Below, piece after piece: positions 26,367 through 39,789 of a stretch of DNA of 64,000 bases. A program made the position numbers and the translations under genes. How positions within the stretch are numbered: position 1 is the first letter of the stretch; each line of letters begins with the position of its first letter. Origin of the DNA: Toensbergia leucococca (Eukaryota); contig JALDZS010000056.1 in the NCBI GenBank assembly GCA_022813965.1, positions 1 to 64,000 of the forward strand, written 5' to 3'. The notes below the pieces were generated by a model that was given only the letters and a program-made list of their open reading frames with translations, did not search any database and had not been told where the DNA came from.

Positions 26367-27169
26367 TCACAATTCTTGAGTGCCTCCAGACTGCAGTGTC
26401 TTCACTTCCGCCTCAAGCTTTTGAACAGTCTCCTGCAATGTCTCCACTAAGGCTTTGAGCGTCTGCACATCAAGCTTCATTTGATTGTGTTCAACCTCCC
26501 TCTGTTGAAACCACGACTGTTGATACCCACGTGGTGGGCCTCTTCTCTTTTGCAATTCATAGACGCATTCCAGGCCAAGCTTAATGCACCGAGCACATTC
26601 TGGTCTATCTGCTGAGCATACATAGTGATTCCTTACGCCTAAGAAGATACATGTCAACTACAATGCTTGCTGAGCTTTGATGGAATTCTTTCACTCACAT
26701 TCTCGGCAAGTCACTTTCTCAGCCACATCAGATATGCGATTCTTTTTACCTCCTATCAGACATTAGTGAGTCTTAGTTGTCTGGCATGAAAAATTCTTAC
26801 GATGAAAGTATGAGACAGCTTTATCGGGTTGAGTGTTGTTGGATGTCTGGCCAGCATGCGTGTCACCAGGCCAAGTATTAGACTCATCAGTTACTGCCTC
26901 AGACATATTAGCAACAATGTGACCTGCACTGAGATTGTGCTTGTATGAGAAGCCATTACCGGGAGCATTTGCCATGACACTCTTGGGTTCCATGGGTGCA
27001 TATGCCGGTGCTTCGATGGGTCCATTTGCTGATGTATCACGGGTGGCCGTGGAATAGTACGGAGTTGTGTCAACCGATGCTTGCATACTCAAATCCTTTG
27101 AAAAAGGTTGATTAGCGCCGAGAAGAAGAAGAGAATCTGAGCATGACTTACTGGATACTGCTGAGACAT
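26367..27169 (-). CDS. Small Zn(II)2Cys6 protein with C-terminal coiled coil, about 212 aa; exons 27169-27152, 27095-26801, 26752-26699, 26638-26367
   Basis: Three GT-AG introns join the exons in frame to give CREC-VRNHYV-C-SADRPE-CARC-IKLGLE-C-VY...KRRGPP followed by heptad leucines. Confidence 0.8.
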
Positions 27170-28499
27170 CGTTGAAGATTTCTACTAAAGAAGGTCTGTG
27201 AACCGTGCCGATGAATCTGAATGCAGTGGTGTCTTGTCTGATTTTCTATTTAAGATATGAGGATGAAGACTGCTGTGCTAAGTTTAATTGATTGTGTTAT
27301 GTTCGCCTCAGATTCTTCTGTCTTCTGTCTGCTATCAATATCGTCTTGCAAAGTTTGGAGAGCAGATAGTGTATCAGTGCACTTACTGGATGCTACTGTG
27401 TCTTGCACTTTTTTTACTTATCAAGTGATGTACCATGTCAACGCGTCGCGGTATCAGAAGTGTGAGTTCACTAGATTAATATTATCGTTCGAGGCGTGAA
27501 TGATAATGATCAGGGGAACTTCCGTGGCCTTACGCCCTATGGACTCATCAACAAGCATATAACAACACCTGCTTGAAAATGGTCTGCAGAACTATTAGAT
27601 CTATCTTGGGCAGTTCCCTGCTGCCGTTTTTCCCACAGCATCAATGAGCCCTTGGAAATAGTGCAGCTTCCAGACTCGTTGCCAGCAAATGGATCAAGCC
27701 TCGGTCAAGCCAGAGCCATCTTTCAATTTGGTCCCCCGGGCAATCGACTTTTGACGCCAGCAAGATGAGATATCTCTTCATCAACATCATTTCCGTTATA
27801 GCCATGTTACTACATCACCAGGTCAAATCAGATATGAGACAGACAAGAAACACTATAATTTCCTCCGGCTCTTCGCGAGTAGTCACAATTTCGAGGAAGG
27901 GTCAACTTCGAATTGTGATTACAGAACTCGCCAGCTACACCTAAACACATCAGGAGAAGCATCTCGTTTAAGCAAAGACGGTGTACAACAGCTGACTGCA
28001 TCTAATAAATCTATGGGAGCGAGATACCTTGGCCAACGAGTCACCATGATGCACCTTTGCCATGGCCTTCCCAACAGCAATCTTGCGTTGCACGAACTGT
28101 TCTTTCTCCTTCAAACAGCATCCAGATATCATCTCCTTCTCAGAAATCATTCCTCCTAATCTGCCTTTTGCAACAGTATCTGGCATGTCGGTAATGCCCA
28201 AAACAAGACTTATCTCACAACCTGCCTGCATCAGCACGTACGAGATTCTAGATATACCTCAGCAGCATCCGTAAACATAAGAGAACTACCATCCAAATCC
28301 AGCCCTCCAATGACTCAAGAGAACATGACCACAGCCCATCCTCCTCCGATTCTCCTCCCGACCAAACCACCAGGATTGTGTTTCAAATGATCTCAATCAA
28401 CAAAACACGCATAAGACCTGTAGCAATCACTCAACATGAAAAATTCTGATTGTTTCACGTACATGCTGTCCAACTCCTCCACCTCTCTGAAAAGCTACG

Positions 28500-30950
28500 T
28501 ATATTGAAAAGAAACCCACTGAGATCAAGATTCAACCCACTCTTTACACCTTCAACCACGTCCAAATATCATCAAAATCACCTCTCACCCTACCCTCTCT
28601 TTCGCAAACAAGATCGTGACAAGGAATAAGACAAGATTTACCACTACGATAAATCTAGATACCCAAAACCCCTCCTAAAGTCCCTGAAGATCTATTTTCA
28701 AAAGAAAAGAGAAAAGAGTCAAATCAGCCCAACATATCCAGTATCAACTCGTCTTCCGAAACCATCAACATCCCGTTTCTGTGGACTAAAATTCGTACAC
28801 TCGCCTCCTTCCCACCGCACTTCCCTCCCTCTCCCGATCATCTCCCACCCTCACCCCACAACCCCAAACCAATCCCACTACCCCCACTCACAACCAAGCC
28901 TCCATATAATCTCTCCCCCACCTCTTCACTCTCAGCCGCACATGAACAACCAAAAACACCTTCAGCACAGCGAGACAACCCCTATAATAAACGAAATTCA
29001 AGGTGTTACAGTCCTTCCCCTACTGCTACTTCTATTACCCTCGCTGCCACCACCACTAAACCGAACCCATATCAATACAACAAACTTCACAAAAGAGCTG
29101 AAGTGAATTCCCCCCTCACAGCCCCCATCCCAGCCCTTGAGTTGGAAATTTTGATATATCTGGATAAGTGTTTGAAGTCAGGCCAGGGAAAAAATAACCT
29201 CGGGTCAGATTCGTAACCTGAATTGAGTAAGCGGCCGATACTAAGATGAGTGAGAGGGGAAAAACGCAGTCGGCAGGGGTTCAATTGAGAAAGAGAGTTG
29301 CGAGCTTTGATACTTGTATGTAACTCTCAGCGCCCTCATCAGCAAACGGCGCAGCTCCTATCGCAATCCTCAGCCCCCCAAATTATCTAGCTCTGGTAGC
29401 TTGACCCCCTCTGCAAGCAACTCATTTCCCCCTATTGACAGACCTCGTTCAACAGCCGTCTGTGCAGATGGCCGGACTGCATTCATGTTGCTTCACAACC
29501 GTCCTGCCTTCCCTCCCTCACAGAAAGCCCCGAACCCCTCCCCCCCCAACCCAAATAAACAAACCACCCAAAAGCTTCTGAAAAAAAGACTAAACTCATC
29601 ACAAATCGTTCCTAGAAACAAAAGGCACATAGGGCAACAACAGATTTCTCTCTCTCCCTCTCTCTCTCCTGCTCACTCACTCAGCCAACGCTCAAAACCC
29701 CTCAACACCTTCAACACCCTCAACACCCCCAACCAAAAAAAAAAACCTCTCGTCTCCAAAATCCATCCACCCCTTTCAAAAAATCCACAAAGACTCTCCG
29801 CACTCACTCCACACAACACCTCAATTCCCCCCCCAACACCCACCCCTCCCCCCGCCCCTCCCCTCCCCTCCCGTCCCCTCCCGTCCCCACGACCACAACA
29901 ACCCCCCTCCCCCCCCCCAAAAAAAGCGCCCAGATCTCCCTCCCATCTCCAAACACCACCCGTGGCCCAACAGCCCCACTGTGCAGAAAATGAAAGCGAA
30001 AAGTGATAGGCAGTCCAAGACATGATCCAGTAACAGGGGAGCAAAAGATCTCAAATATTCCAACACAAGCTCCGATTTTTTTCAAATACATCAAACATGG
30101 TACGATGATAGTAAGCGACGATCCTCCTCCCTACGTACTCAACATCCCCATCCCCCAAAGAATAAAAAACCCTCCCCCATTTCGCCTACCCCTTCGATCC
30201 ATCCATCCATTCACTCTAGCCAAAAAAAAAAAAGAGAAAAAAAAAGCTACCAGTTATTTCAAAATCAATACTTCTCACCTCACCATCACCTCCCCATCAG
30301 CAAACAAGTAACACAGAAACCCCCCCCCCCGGCCCCCCCAAACCACCCCAACCACCCCCACCACCTTCAAGACCTTCAGACTCCACATAAAAAACCTACG
30401 AGTCTCCGTGCCGCTGGGTCCAGCTCATCAGGAGAGAGAAAGATCTGATATCATGATACCGCCTTACCCAGGTACCCAGAGGAGCGTCTAGGTCCCAACC
30501 ACCCAGATGGATCCGGGGGGGGATGTGCGCATGCATGGGGGTTAGAGAAAGGGGCAGGGGGGCCATGCGGAATAAGACAGATCTTCGTTCAGAGACACAC
30601 CAGAGGTTTCTAATAATTAAAGGGTGGTCTACATCACGCATTTTCCCCATTCCCCCTCAAAAAAAATAATTTGAAAAAAAAAGTGGTGACACGGTTCGAT
30701 ATTTTGATTACGGATGAAGCTTAGATCCCCACTCGTAAATATACAAAAACAAAATAAATCAAGGCCGTTGAAAGTTTGAACCCGCCCCAAATCATCGTAC
30801 TCGTGGAAAAAAATGTGCATAAAGTTTTGCCAGATATGGAAAAAAAAAACACCCCTCCCCACCCTCCAAAAAAAACGCCAATCAAAGCTAAGAAAAGCCT
30901 CGGACTGAAAAAAAAAATCTTCAAAAGCTCCCGGCCCCCCCACTCGTGTT
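28500..30950. repeat. Low-complexity C/A-rich intergenic tract with many homopolymers
   Basis: Visible poly-C and poly-A runs (e.g. 29826-29930, 30220-30360, 30840-30920). No credible protein motifs. Confidence 0.7.
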
Positions 30951-31141
30951 TGCTTGGATATGTCTGATGGTATTATCGAACGGGAGAATGAATGTAAAAA
31001 GTTTGTAAGACAAGGAAGTTGTCATGGAAAACAAAACCCGCCAATAATGAAAAGTACACCTTAAATCACAAGAGCAACTCCGAGCAATACGAGCCAAAAC
31101 TACAGATGTCCAAGTAAAGCCATGAACTGCCACAAAGACCT

Positions 31142-34100
31142 TCATTGCCGTTGGAAGCCATATCCATGCTGCTGATTCGCATGGTATACTGGAATATCGT
31201 TTGGTGCCGCTGAAAAAGGCATCCTGGGTACAGCATTGTACTGCAGGGGGACTGGCTGACTAATCTGTGACTGCAGGCCATAAGGGACTTGGGAGTTCGG
31301 CTCATATGTAAAGAACGATGACTCGGGCGGTCCTGAGTAAGCATGCTGCTGCTCATATCCAGTTTGGTATGAAATGTCTCCCGTGTATGGTGCCGATCGA
31401 GGTTGAGGTGTGAGCTCTCTCATAGGATTATACAAACTCTCTGGGTTTGAAGAATGACGGGCATGTGAATATCCTCTTTGAGGGTTGACTGGCATGAATC
31501 CAATGGCCGCATCATTGTTGTATGCATCATATCCAGAAGTGGAAAACGCGCTTCCAATGTCCTGGTCATAGCCTACCGCTGGGTTCTGCGGCGACATCTG
31601 ACTGGGATATATGGCGTGGCTGGCTGGCGGATAAGTACCGTTGACATCATTCTCAGTCGGATTCACAAAGTAGACCTCTTGAGGCTGGAGCATGGGAAGC
31701 GAATCAATTTCACTCCTTGAAGGCGGCATGTCCGCAGGCATGTCGAAAGGTGATAGGCTAACAGACTCTTTTCGCGTAGATCGAGCCTGCCCTGCCGAAG
31801 AGGACTTAGTTTGCTGAGACGTGCGCTGATCAATGGGACTAATTGTAGTCTCGGGTGTCACGTCTATCTCCTTGACCAGTCCAAGGACTGGCATGCTGAT
31901 CTGTTCCATGTGTTTCGCAAGGTGTACAGTGAGCTTCTTCCAGCTGTTGCAGATGTTGCCACAGAATTTGCAAGGCTCTTCCTTGGGGTCTTTGAGAGCT
32001 GCATGTTTGCATTGCTCGACAAGAGTCCAGACCTGATCAACCTCATGGCGAGCCGATTCTTTAGCTGTTTGGTCCGATTGAATATTGTTTGCTCCTTTCC
32101 TATTATTCGAAGGACCTCGTACAGCTGGTTTGTCGGGTTTCGCAGTCTTTCCCTTTGGCTCGGGCAGCTTGTGCTCCCGCACAAGATGCTGCACAAAGTT
32201 ATCTTTGCGATAGCATCTATGAGCACAATCATGCAAGTTGCACATCCACCATTCCAATTGACGGTGCCTTTCGCTTTCGTGTCTTACCCAATCAGCCTTG
32301 CGCTTGAAGGACTTCGGCTCGGAACAATCAGCAAAAGTACAAGTGAAAGGTTGCAAGTCCTCATGCACATGCTTTGACCAGTCAGAAGGCTTATGGAACT
32401 TCTTGACCTTGAAACATAACGAACACTCAAATTCCGCCGGTAGGCGCTTCACAGGAGGCATCGGCACCCCGGCAGGAAACTGAGCAGGTGTGACTACACC
32501 ATCTGTCAAAGCGTTCGCATCTTCATCATCTGAAACTCCCAAACCAGCTACCGAGAAGCCTGTATGAGAAAGCTCCGGCTCTTTGTGGTTGGTTTTGGGC
32601 ATCAGATAGGAAGGCTGACCTCCTAGCTCAACGCATCGATCGCCCGAGCCGCATTTGCCAATGCTAAGAGCTTTAGCATGCTTGACTTTAAAGTCAACGA
32701 GTTTCTTAAAACGACGCAATTGTTCATGGGCAACCCGATCAACCATAAAAGGTATAAGGTTTTGATTAAGTTGCTGCACATGATATTTGAACCCTTCAAA
32801 AGTCGGTGTGATGGTGTCTGATCGAAGACCCAAATCCATTACAACGCCTCTGTATTGCATAGCCTCGTCCTCGTCATCGTCCTCTTCAAGCTTCGCTGGA
32901 GCTGCGAATGGTGCTGCCACTGGTGTTTCCTTTGGGGGAGAAGCAAGTGTGGGCATAGGTGGTCCGCCCTGTTTGTACAAGAGATCGGCCAGACCGAGAC
33001 CGCCACCGCTAGATGATGAAGGTCTGTGTAATTCACTTCGACTTCTACTTCGCTTTATAGCTTTCTTGGCAGATGCCCATGCGTTTGTGGGAGATGAATC
33101 TGCTGAGAGGCTGAACGAGCCATTGGCTCCAAAAGTAGCAATTTGCGTCGTCATGGCAGCTACTGCACTCCCAGTATTGAGATTTGGTGATTTAGGCCGT
33201 CTGTCAACACCTGCAGTCCTCTGAGAAGGGGCGAGGCTGCCCAAGCTTTCTTTACGTTTATCTAAGCTCTCCTTCCTGGGGTTCTCTGGGACTGTGGGAT
33301 GCGTCTGCCGTTTGGATCTCTCACTTCCTAAACGTTTCAATATACTGCTACTTCTCCTTGGGAATAGCTTGTCGAAAAGACTGCCTTGTCTTTCACCCTT
33401 TTGGTCTTTGGCCGGCCCCTTTTCATGGTCAAGGTTCAGGCGCTGGAAAATGGACTGAAGGTCACCTTCGCTCATGCGACGAGTCCCCCATGTAGCGGCG
33501 CGTGATGCCGTCTCAATGTCAGCTTCTCCCGCAACTTGGTAAAATCGCTTGATCGCATCGTTCGCAGTGAGGGGTTGCGACTGGATTTTCGAGACAGTAG
33601 CATCATGCACGGGATCTTGCCATACTCGAGAGCGATAAAGTGGGCCTTCAGCTTTGACTTTAGGGAAATATCCATCAGGAGACGTTTTTTCAGCCTCATC
33701 GTCCTCAAAGGTGTCTGGAGTGGAACCTGCCATACTGCCTTCATCAGAATCCTCATCCTCGTCGTCACTTTGTTCGTCGAGGAGTAGCCCTGGCCCTGGC
33801 ACTGGTGAATTTCCATTGGGAATTTGATAGCGAATCAAGCTAGAACGGTCTGCACGCGCGGAATTCATGTTCCTTGCGCCCCTACCTCGTTGCTGGTTGT
33901 TAGATCTTCTGGATCTACGGGTCGTAGCCGGCTGGGAAGAATTATCCTCGACTTCACTCCCAGCCTCACTTTTGGTTAGCCAATCCTCGACCTCCGCTTT
34001 CTTCTGGGCCATTTGGGCACTTTCTTCTTGGTCTTTAAAGTTTGGAACATAGTCATCGTTAAGTCGCATCCTTGCTTGCGGGTCTAAACCGGCTCGCACT

Positions 34101-35203
34101 TCATTCGAAAATGTATAGTCCTGAGCACGATGATTATTCCTATGCATTGGCACAGACAGAACTTCAGGGTCAAAGTGATCGATATCATCTTCTTCATCAG
34201 AATCGTGGTCTTGTACCGGAGCTAAATGTGAAGAGGCGTAGCTGGATCTGCTCCGTTTACTTTCACTTCGTAATATTTTTAGCGTATTTCGAGCTGGAGA
34301 GTCTCCTCGGCTGTAGCTCTCGACACGCACAACAGGGCTTGCGGCATGCGCTATACGTTGTAGCCTGGCAGGTTCAGGACTTGCTTCGTTGGACGTCATT
34401 GTTGGCGTTTGCTGCATGGGAACAACTGTATGTTGTGGTCTTCTTGAAAATCCAGAGTCGCCACCCAGTGTTGACGAAATCATGTCAGCGCTTCCTTCAA
34501 AGAAATTTGCATCCATTATGGGGCTAGCGAATTCGTCCCCTGATACTAAGCTTGCTGTATCTGTTAAGACTGGACTCATTAGGTGGGATGAAAGGGTTGC
34601 GGTCCCAAAGGACGCTCGAGACGTGTTGTTTGATTGAACAGCGTGTGTTCCTACACTAGTGGGCCCGGGCAATATGGTGTTCAAGGAATCAGTCCGAGGA
34701 CCTAGATTATACTCTTCTTCCAGAGCTGCCAAAGGGCCAAAGTCGTTTTCTAGGGAGAAATCGTTGTCAAGGTATGGTGTCGTATGCTCACTCAATTCGC
34801 TGTACTCATTTTCGGAAGAGAAATTGGCGGTTTGACTAAGGAAATCAGAGCTGGTCGCAAAGTTTTGGGAATCGTTGCCAGTTTGCGCTGGAGAAGAGAA
34901 GTTGTGAAAGCCGTTCGTGTGAATGTAGCTGTAAGGATCTGGATGCTGTCGTTTCGTGGCCTGTTGGTGATGACCATATGAACCAGGGGGGGAAGCTGAC
35001 GGCTTCGATGAGCCAAAATTGGTACCGGAAGAAGGTGAAGGGTGGTGGGACTGTGAATCTGGTAAAAAGTCACTTGTGACTTGTAGTAATTGCTCCTCGC
35101 TTGGAGACGATGGAAGAAAAGGGTCGTAATGTGTATGTCCGTTGAAGCCCGCTACGTGATTTCGTTGACCTTCGATTGTTGGTGGAGACCCGATGGTTGA
35201 CAT
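31142..35203 (-). CDS. Large intronless C2H2 zinc-finger putative transcription factor, about 1353 aa
   Basis: FECSLCFKVKKFHKPSDWSKHVHED, PFTCTFADC...DWVRHESERH, WMCNLHDC...FVQHLVREH, CKFCG...VHLAKH, with long disordered flanks. First ATG is at 35203. Confidence 0.9.
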   Translation of the reverse strand: MSTIGSPPTIEGQRNHVAGFNGHTHYDPFLPSSPSEEQLLQVTSDFLPDSQSHHPSPSSGTNFGSSKPSASPPGSYGHHQQATKRQHPDPYSYIHTNGFHNFSSPAQTGNDSQNFATSSDFLSQTANFSSENEYSELSEHTTPYLDNDFSLENDFGPLAALEEEYNLGPRTDSLNTILPGPTSVGTHAVQSNNTSRASFGTATLSSHLMSPVLTDTASLVSGDEFASPIMDANFFEGSADMISSTLGGDSGFSRRPQHTVVPMQQTPTMTSNEASPEPARLQRIAHAASPVVRVESYSRGDSPARNTLKILRSESKRSRSSYASSHLAPVQDHDSDEEDDIDHFDPEVLSVPMHRNNHRAQDYTFSNEVRAGLDPQARMRLNDDYVPNFKDQEESAQMAQKKAEVEDWLTKSEAGSEVEDNSSQPATTRRSRRSNNQQRGRGARNMNSARADRSSLIRYQIPNGNSPVPGPGLLLDEQSDDEDEDSDEGSMAGSTPDTFEDDEAEKTSPDGYFPKVKAEGPLYRSRVWQDPVHDATVSKIQSQPLTANDAIKRFYQVAGEADIETASRAATWGTRRMSEGDLQSIFQRLNLDHEKGPAKDQKGERQGSLFDKLFPRRSSSILKRLGSERSKRQTHPTVPENPRKESLDKRKESLGSLAPSQRTAGVDRRPKSPNLNTGSAVAAMTTQIATFGANGSFSLSADSSPTNAWASAKKAIKRSRSRSELHRPSSSSGGGLGLADLLYKQGGPPMPTLASPPKETPVAAPFAAPAKLEEDDDEDEAMQYRGVVMDLGLRSDTITPTFEGFKYHVQQLNQNLIPFMVDRVAHEQLRRFKKLVDFKVKHAKALSIGKCGSGDRCVELGGQPSYLMPKTNHKEPELSHTGFSVAGLGVSDDEDANALTDGVVTPAQFPAGVPMPPVKRLPAEFECSLCFKVKKFHKPSDWSKHVHEDLQPFTCTFADCSEPKSFKRKADWVRHESERHRQLEWWMCNLHDCAHRCYRKDNFVQHLVREHKLPEPKGKTAKPDKPAVRGPSNNRKGANNIQSDQTAKESARHEVDQVWTLVEQCKHAALKDPKEEPCKFCGNICNSWKKLTVHLAKHMEQISMPVLGLVKEIDVTPETTISPIDQRTSQQTKSSSAGQARSTRKESVSLSPFDMPADMPPSRSEIDSLPMLQPQEVYFVNPTENDVNGTYPPASHAIYPSQMSPQNPAVGYDQDIGSAFSTSGYDAYNNDAAIGFMPVNPQRGYSHARHSSNPESLYNPMRELTPQPRSAPYTGDISYQTGYEQQHAYSGPPESSFFTYEPNSQVPYGLQSQISQPVPLQYNAVPRMPFSAAPNDIPVYHANQQHGYGFQRQ

Positions 35204-36420
35204 GCTTGCGCGCAAAGATATGCAGGTGTCTTCACTTGGCCTACTATTGAAGACTTCAATACGGCAAAGAGAGGCAGAGGCTATATGGCGGTCGAAGATC
35301 AATGATCGAATCTGTCGAGAATACAATGACGGCTCCTAGGAGCATTGGGACTTATCAGATTGTGGCGCGTCCCCGAGGACGATGGGAGTGACAATGCAGG
35401 CGTAGCTCTGCTGATGAATCTGAATTGGTAAGCTACATTGAACCTTTCCATCGTTGGAGGAAATGTGGGCTGGAGACGGCTGTCAGGTACGAGGTGGGGG
35501 CTCTCATACCAGCAGATAAGCAGCCGCGACACTTCAAACGAAGCAAGCAAGAAGGCAGAGGAGTAAACGATAGGGTTCCCGGTAGGCCAGGTCAGATTAG
35601 TACGACGTCAGAAGTTTCGATCAAGACGGAGGATGAAAAGAGTGACGGAGTATGTTGCGACAATGTAAGACAGAGCGACAAACAGCCCTAGACGCAGCTA
35701 TGATGCGATGATGAAGACAGGCGTATTCTGCGGCTGATTCGATCCCGAAAATAATTGGGGGAACTAAGAGACTCAGCTGTGGGCGAACCAGCAGGTACCG
35801 GTCTGCTTATCAACTCGCTCCCCGGTGTAGATCAATCAGTTGGACACAGACGCAGAGCCGCACGTCGAGGTCACCCTTCAGCTAAGCGCCGAGCGAGGCA
35901 GATATTCAATAGAATACCTAGACACGCTAGAATACGGGGGTGACGGTATCCGTACCGAGTACCGTGATCAATACTACTCTTGCCCTAAGAATCCTCTATC
36001 CCCATTACCTCTCAAATCGATCGAGTCCCATGAAATTTCCACCATTCTCCTTGCCAGAATAGTACACATCGTTGACAAAGACAATTTTGCCTCGAGCAAT
36101 TGTTCTATTCAAGTCACCAGAGTAGCCCATGATGAAACGTCTCCCCCCACCATCTGCTTGCGGCACCTGCACGGCCATTGCTCACTTGAGGCTGTGCAAG
36201 CCATGGCTTATTGATCTGGCCATAGGTATTGTATCTGAAAATCTCATTGTGCTTCATGTTGAATAGTAACGTACATGATGATATCAACGCTAGTCCCCCG
36301 CACCATGAAATGCCAATGGCCACTGTCTATGTACATGCCGAGCCGCGTTTCATCCTTGCTATACATAGAAGCGAGCGGGAAGGAGAGCATTGACCATAGG
36401 GAATTGGCTTGAAACCACTT

Positions 36421-39400
36421 CTACCACCCATCTCCATCTTGCGGTGCTGTGACGTTTGCAGTGCCCCACGTCGGAATCCTATTGTCTGTTGGAGTTGCCG
36501 TTGGAGCAGATGACTGTTCGCCACTCGAGGTACCCGAGAAGTGGCTTACGGTAAGTGGGTCATCGTGAGAGTCTCCGTTTGACTGTGCATCTCCACCTTC
36601 CTCGTGATTGATAGCAACGGATAAGTTCACTGTTGTCGGGATATCCTTCTGAGAATCGGACCGAGTATTTGACATATTGGATGGGTTAGCCTCGCTACGT
36701 GGTGTAGTCTGCGTACCCATCAAAGGAAAAGGGAGTGATTCTGACTTTTCGAGCACTTCTTCCTCTCTGGCAAGCTTTGGAACTTGCTCTTGCCTTTGTG
36801 CTTCCGCGTCTTTGAAGATCGTATTCTGTGTCGTGTCTTTGTTTTCTACTTCAACTTCTGCAAGACGAGCAAGCACTACTGGATCGTCTAGATAGAGACA
36901 AAGACCTCTAGAGTAAACGCACCCTTGATCATCGCTGTCCGCCGTAGACCGCAATTCTTCGTGTACGGGCTCTCTCTCGAAAATCGGCAGAAGTGGCATT
37001 AGTACTTCCCGGTGCTGCTCGAGGGCAGCGCTTGTCGTGGAAGCAGCATTCTTATTATCGCCACTTCCCGCCGACATTGAACCAGTAATGATTTCTCTTT
37101 CTAATCTTGCATATCTCCAAGTTTCCGCGGCAACTTTCACGATCCTTCGAATTCCAATCGTAATGTGCTCCAATTGAGCAGGATCCGCAAAGTGCTTGAT
37201 CTCTTCCACAATCTCATCAACAATCACGGCGGCGATTTTGTTGATGGACTGCTTCGCGCTAGATACGGTGTATGCTGCGTGTAAGGTATGCTGCCGCCAC
37301 AAGGCCTCGCGCCTGATGGATTTTCGTTTCAGCCTCTCCGACATCTCCTTGAATAGTTGATCCGCAACTTCGTGGCGCGGGCTCAGAGTGAAAAGAAAAG
37401 GCTGAAAGATCCGGTTGGTGAGAATACGAGAGATGGTATGCTCAATGTACTTCACTCGGAGCTGAATCGATAGCTCCGTATTCGAGAAAAATGGTGGAAC
37501 ACCTGTAGGAAGATCCTTCAGACCCCCCTTTGGCGGTGGATTTCCTATGGGTCGGTTGAAGTGGTCATAGCTAAGACCTGAAATTTGCTTGGAGAGTTGA
37601 TTGAAGGCATCGGTACTAAAGTGATCCCTTCGTCAGTACAAGGCGTGTACACAAATAAGCTCAGGACTTCCTTGAAAAATGTACAAACTTACGATAAACA
37701 TACAAGGAAGACTGAGGTATCAGTTGTCAACATTGTTGACTTACAAGTAAGCATCTCCTCGACTTCTGAAATCTGTCGCATCTCCGAAAGCCTCGACCAT
37801 CTTTTGCAATTTCTCGTTCTCCCTATCCAGCGTTGATGCGGCATCTTTTAATTGTTCTGTCGCTTTCTTGAACTTAGTCTTGTCGGTGTCCCAGCCTGCC
37901 TTAAGCTTGTCTATTTCTTTCTGTGCCTTGATACTGTCCGTCTCGTTACGTTTAAGCAGGCGTGCTTGATTTGCCTTCCAGGTCTTTTGCAACTCGTCTT
38001 TATCGGTCTTGTGCTGGGCTACAAGTACCGCTCGCTGCTGTTCCCAACCTTTGTCAAGTCCAATCCGCTCTTCATCCCACGCACGAGTCAAGGTATCACG
38101 TTCTTTGTTCCAGGCTTCTCGGTCCTGTTGCTCCTTTTGATGGGCTTCTTCAATCTCTGTCTGGCGTACTTGAAGAGTATGTTCCAAGCCTTGTCGTACC
38201 TTGGAGTTATTGGCTATTAAATCTCGTTTCTCCCGTAACCACTCTTCTCTCTCACGTTTCCGAGCCTTGGTCGTATCAACTATTTGATTTTGCAGAATTG
38301 CTTCAGAATCTTTAATTTGGCGTCGTAAATCATCTTCAAGTCCTTTGCGTTTCGTGGCGAACTCTCCAGTTACCTTTTCTTTCCATTGAGCAAATTCGCG
38401 GCTCATGACCTCTTTATCATTCTGTAGTATTCGTAGATTGTTTTCTCGATCGCCTTGAAGGTCTCGGTTCATCGCTTCCAATTCGTCCCTAGACTTTTTC
38501 CTCGCTACCAAGCTCTCCTGCAGCTCTTTGTGCTTCTCTTCTAGGTTACCGATTTCGAGCCTGAGCTTACTGCTTTCTGCAGAATGCCTGTTAGATGCAC
38601 TTTCCAGCTCCTTTCCCAGTCTCTCAATGTACGTCTCTTTCTGCTGCAATGCGGCCGTTTTTTGCGCTTCAGTCTCACGTATCAGATTCTCTCGGTCTCC
38701 CAGCTGACCAGATGTCTCTCGATACCGGTTCAGAAGTAGATGCAGATCAGGTATTGCACTTTGAATACGCTGGAGGAGATCCACGGCATCATCTTTCGCC
38801 CCTTGTCCACTACTAGCCGCTTTTTCGGCCGGAGGCATCTGCTCGGGTTGGTGTGCAGTAGGCGTTGGCATTCCTGAGTACGGGTCCCCCGAAAGGCTTC
38901 TTCTAGAGCTAGCAGAGCCATACCCGATAACGGGCGGACTCTGCACGGCATTAAAATGAGCTGTCATTGCAGGCGGCGACGTGTATCCTGCAAAAAATGA
39001 TGCTGATTGTGGCTTTGGTGAGTGAATATCTACGGTATGGCCAGTCGGCTGTGCCATGGGAAAATGCTGTTGTCCTGCGTATGGGGAAGCGAAGAAATGC
39101 TCACTTGGGGGTGCACTTTGAAATGGTACCGGGGGAGCAAATGCTTGAGGGTTATGTGGGTAAAAGAGATGCGGGTAACCCTGGGATGGATCGAAAGATC
39201 CGGGGACTGGATATGGCTGACTCCAAAAAGGAGGAGATACTGGCGGAGGCGGAGGGGATTGTGAACGAATCGAAGCAGTCCTGGCAGATCTCTGTGACGA
39301 CCTTCTTCGCGGCGTTACTTCAAATGACGCAAGCGGCTGGTCCTGATGCTTCGGCGAACAAGGTCTAACAGGAGGTGAGGGTTTAGGATCCTTTGGAATA

Positions 39401-39789
39401 GATGGCGTCAAATCATCTGCCGGGGCACTTGTAGGCTCCTCTGCTTCGCTTTCGAGATATGGCTGTAATGCTGCTGGTGTGTGCAGAACTGGGGGTACTA
39501 GACCACTTACAGAACCAGGGGCACAAGTACTCGGGGGAAGTACAGGCGAACTTGCTGATGATGGTGAAGCAGTGCCGGACGACGGTAGAGGTAATTGATC
39601 TGCTGTTCCGTTCTGTTGGTCGTACAGAGAAGAAGCTGCTGTACTTCGCGCCTGGGAAGGTGAGCGATTGCTTGACCTAGATATCTCTTTCTGCTTTCTG
39701 CCCGTGCTCGAGGTGGTAATACGGACGTCCTTATCTTTCACTCGTCGGATGCGCGTAGAAGCCGATGACGATGGGTATGGGAACGGCAT
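36421..39789 (-). CDS. Conserved-looking hypothetical protein: Pro/Ser-rich N-terminus, long coiled coil, helical C-terminal domain; intron near 37744-37616
   Basis: A 682-aa and a 344-aa ORF are joined by a GTAAGT...CTGAC...TTAG intron giving GDAYF|TDAFNQLSKQI. Long E/K/R/Q heptad region. Confidence 0.8.

Noticed and set aside
29314..30311. 230-aa Pro/Lys-rich ORF and its antisense ORFs
   Set aside because: Low-complexity C/A tracts lacking stops by composition; non-ATG starts.
37616..37744. Nested intron or micro-exon (second GTAAGT and an internal CAG) in the coiled-coil gene
   Set aside because: The first sub-intron would be only about 33 nt and the 19-nt micro-exon would shift the frame. 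A single intron restores the ORF.
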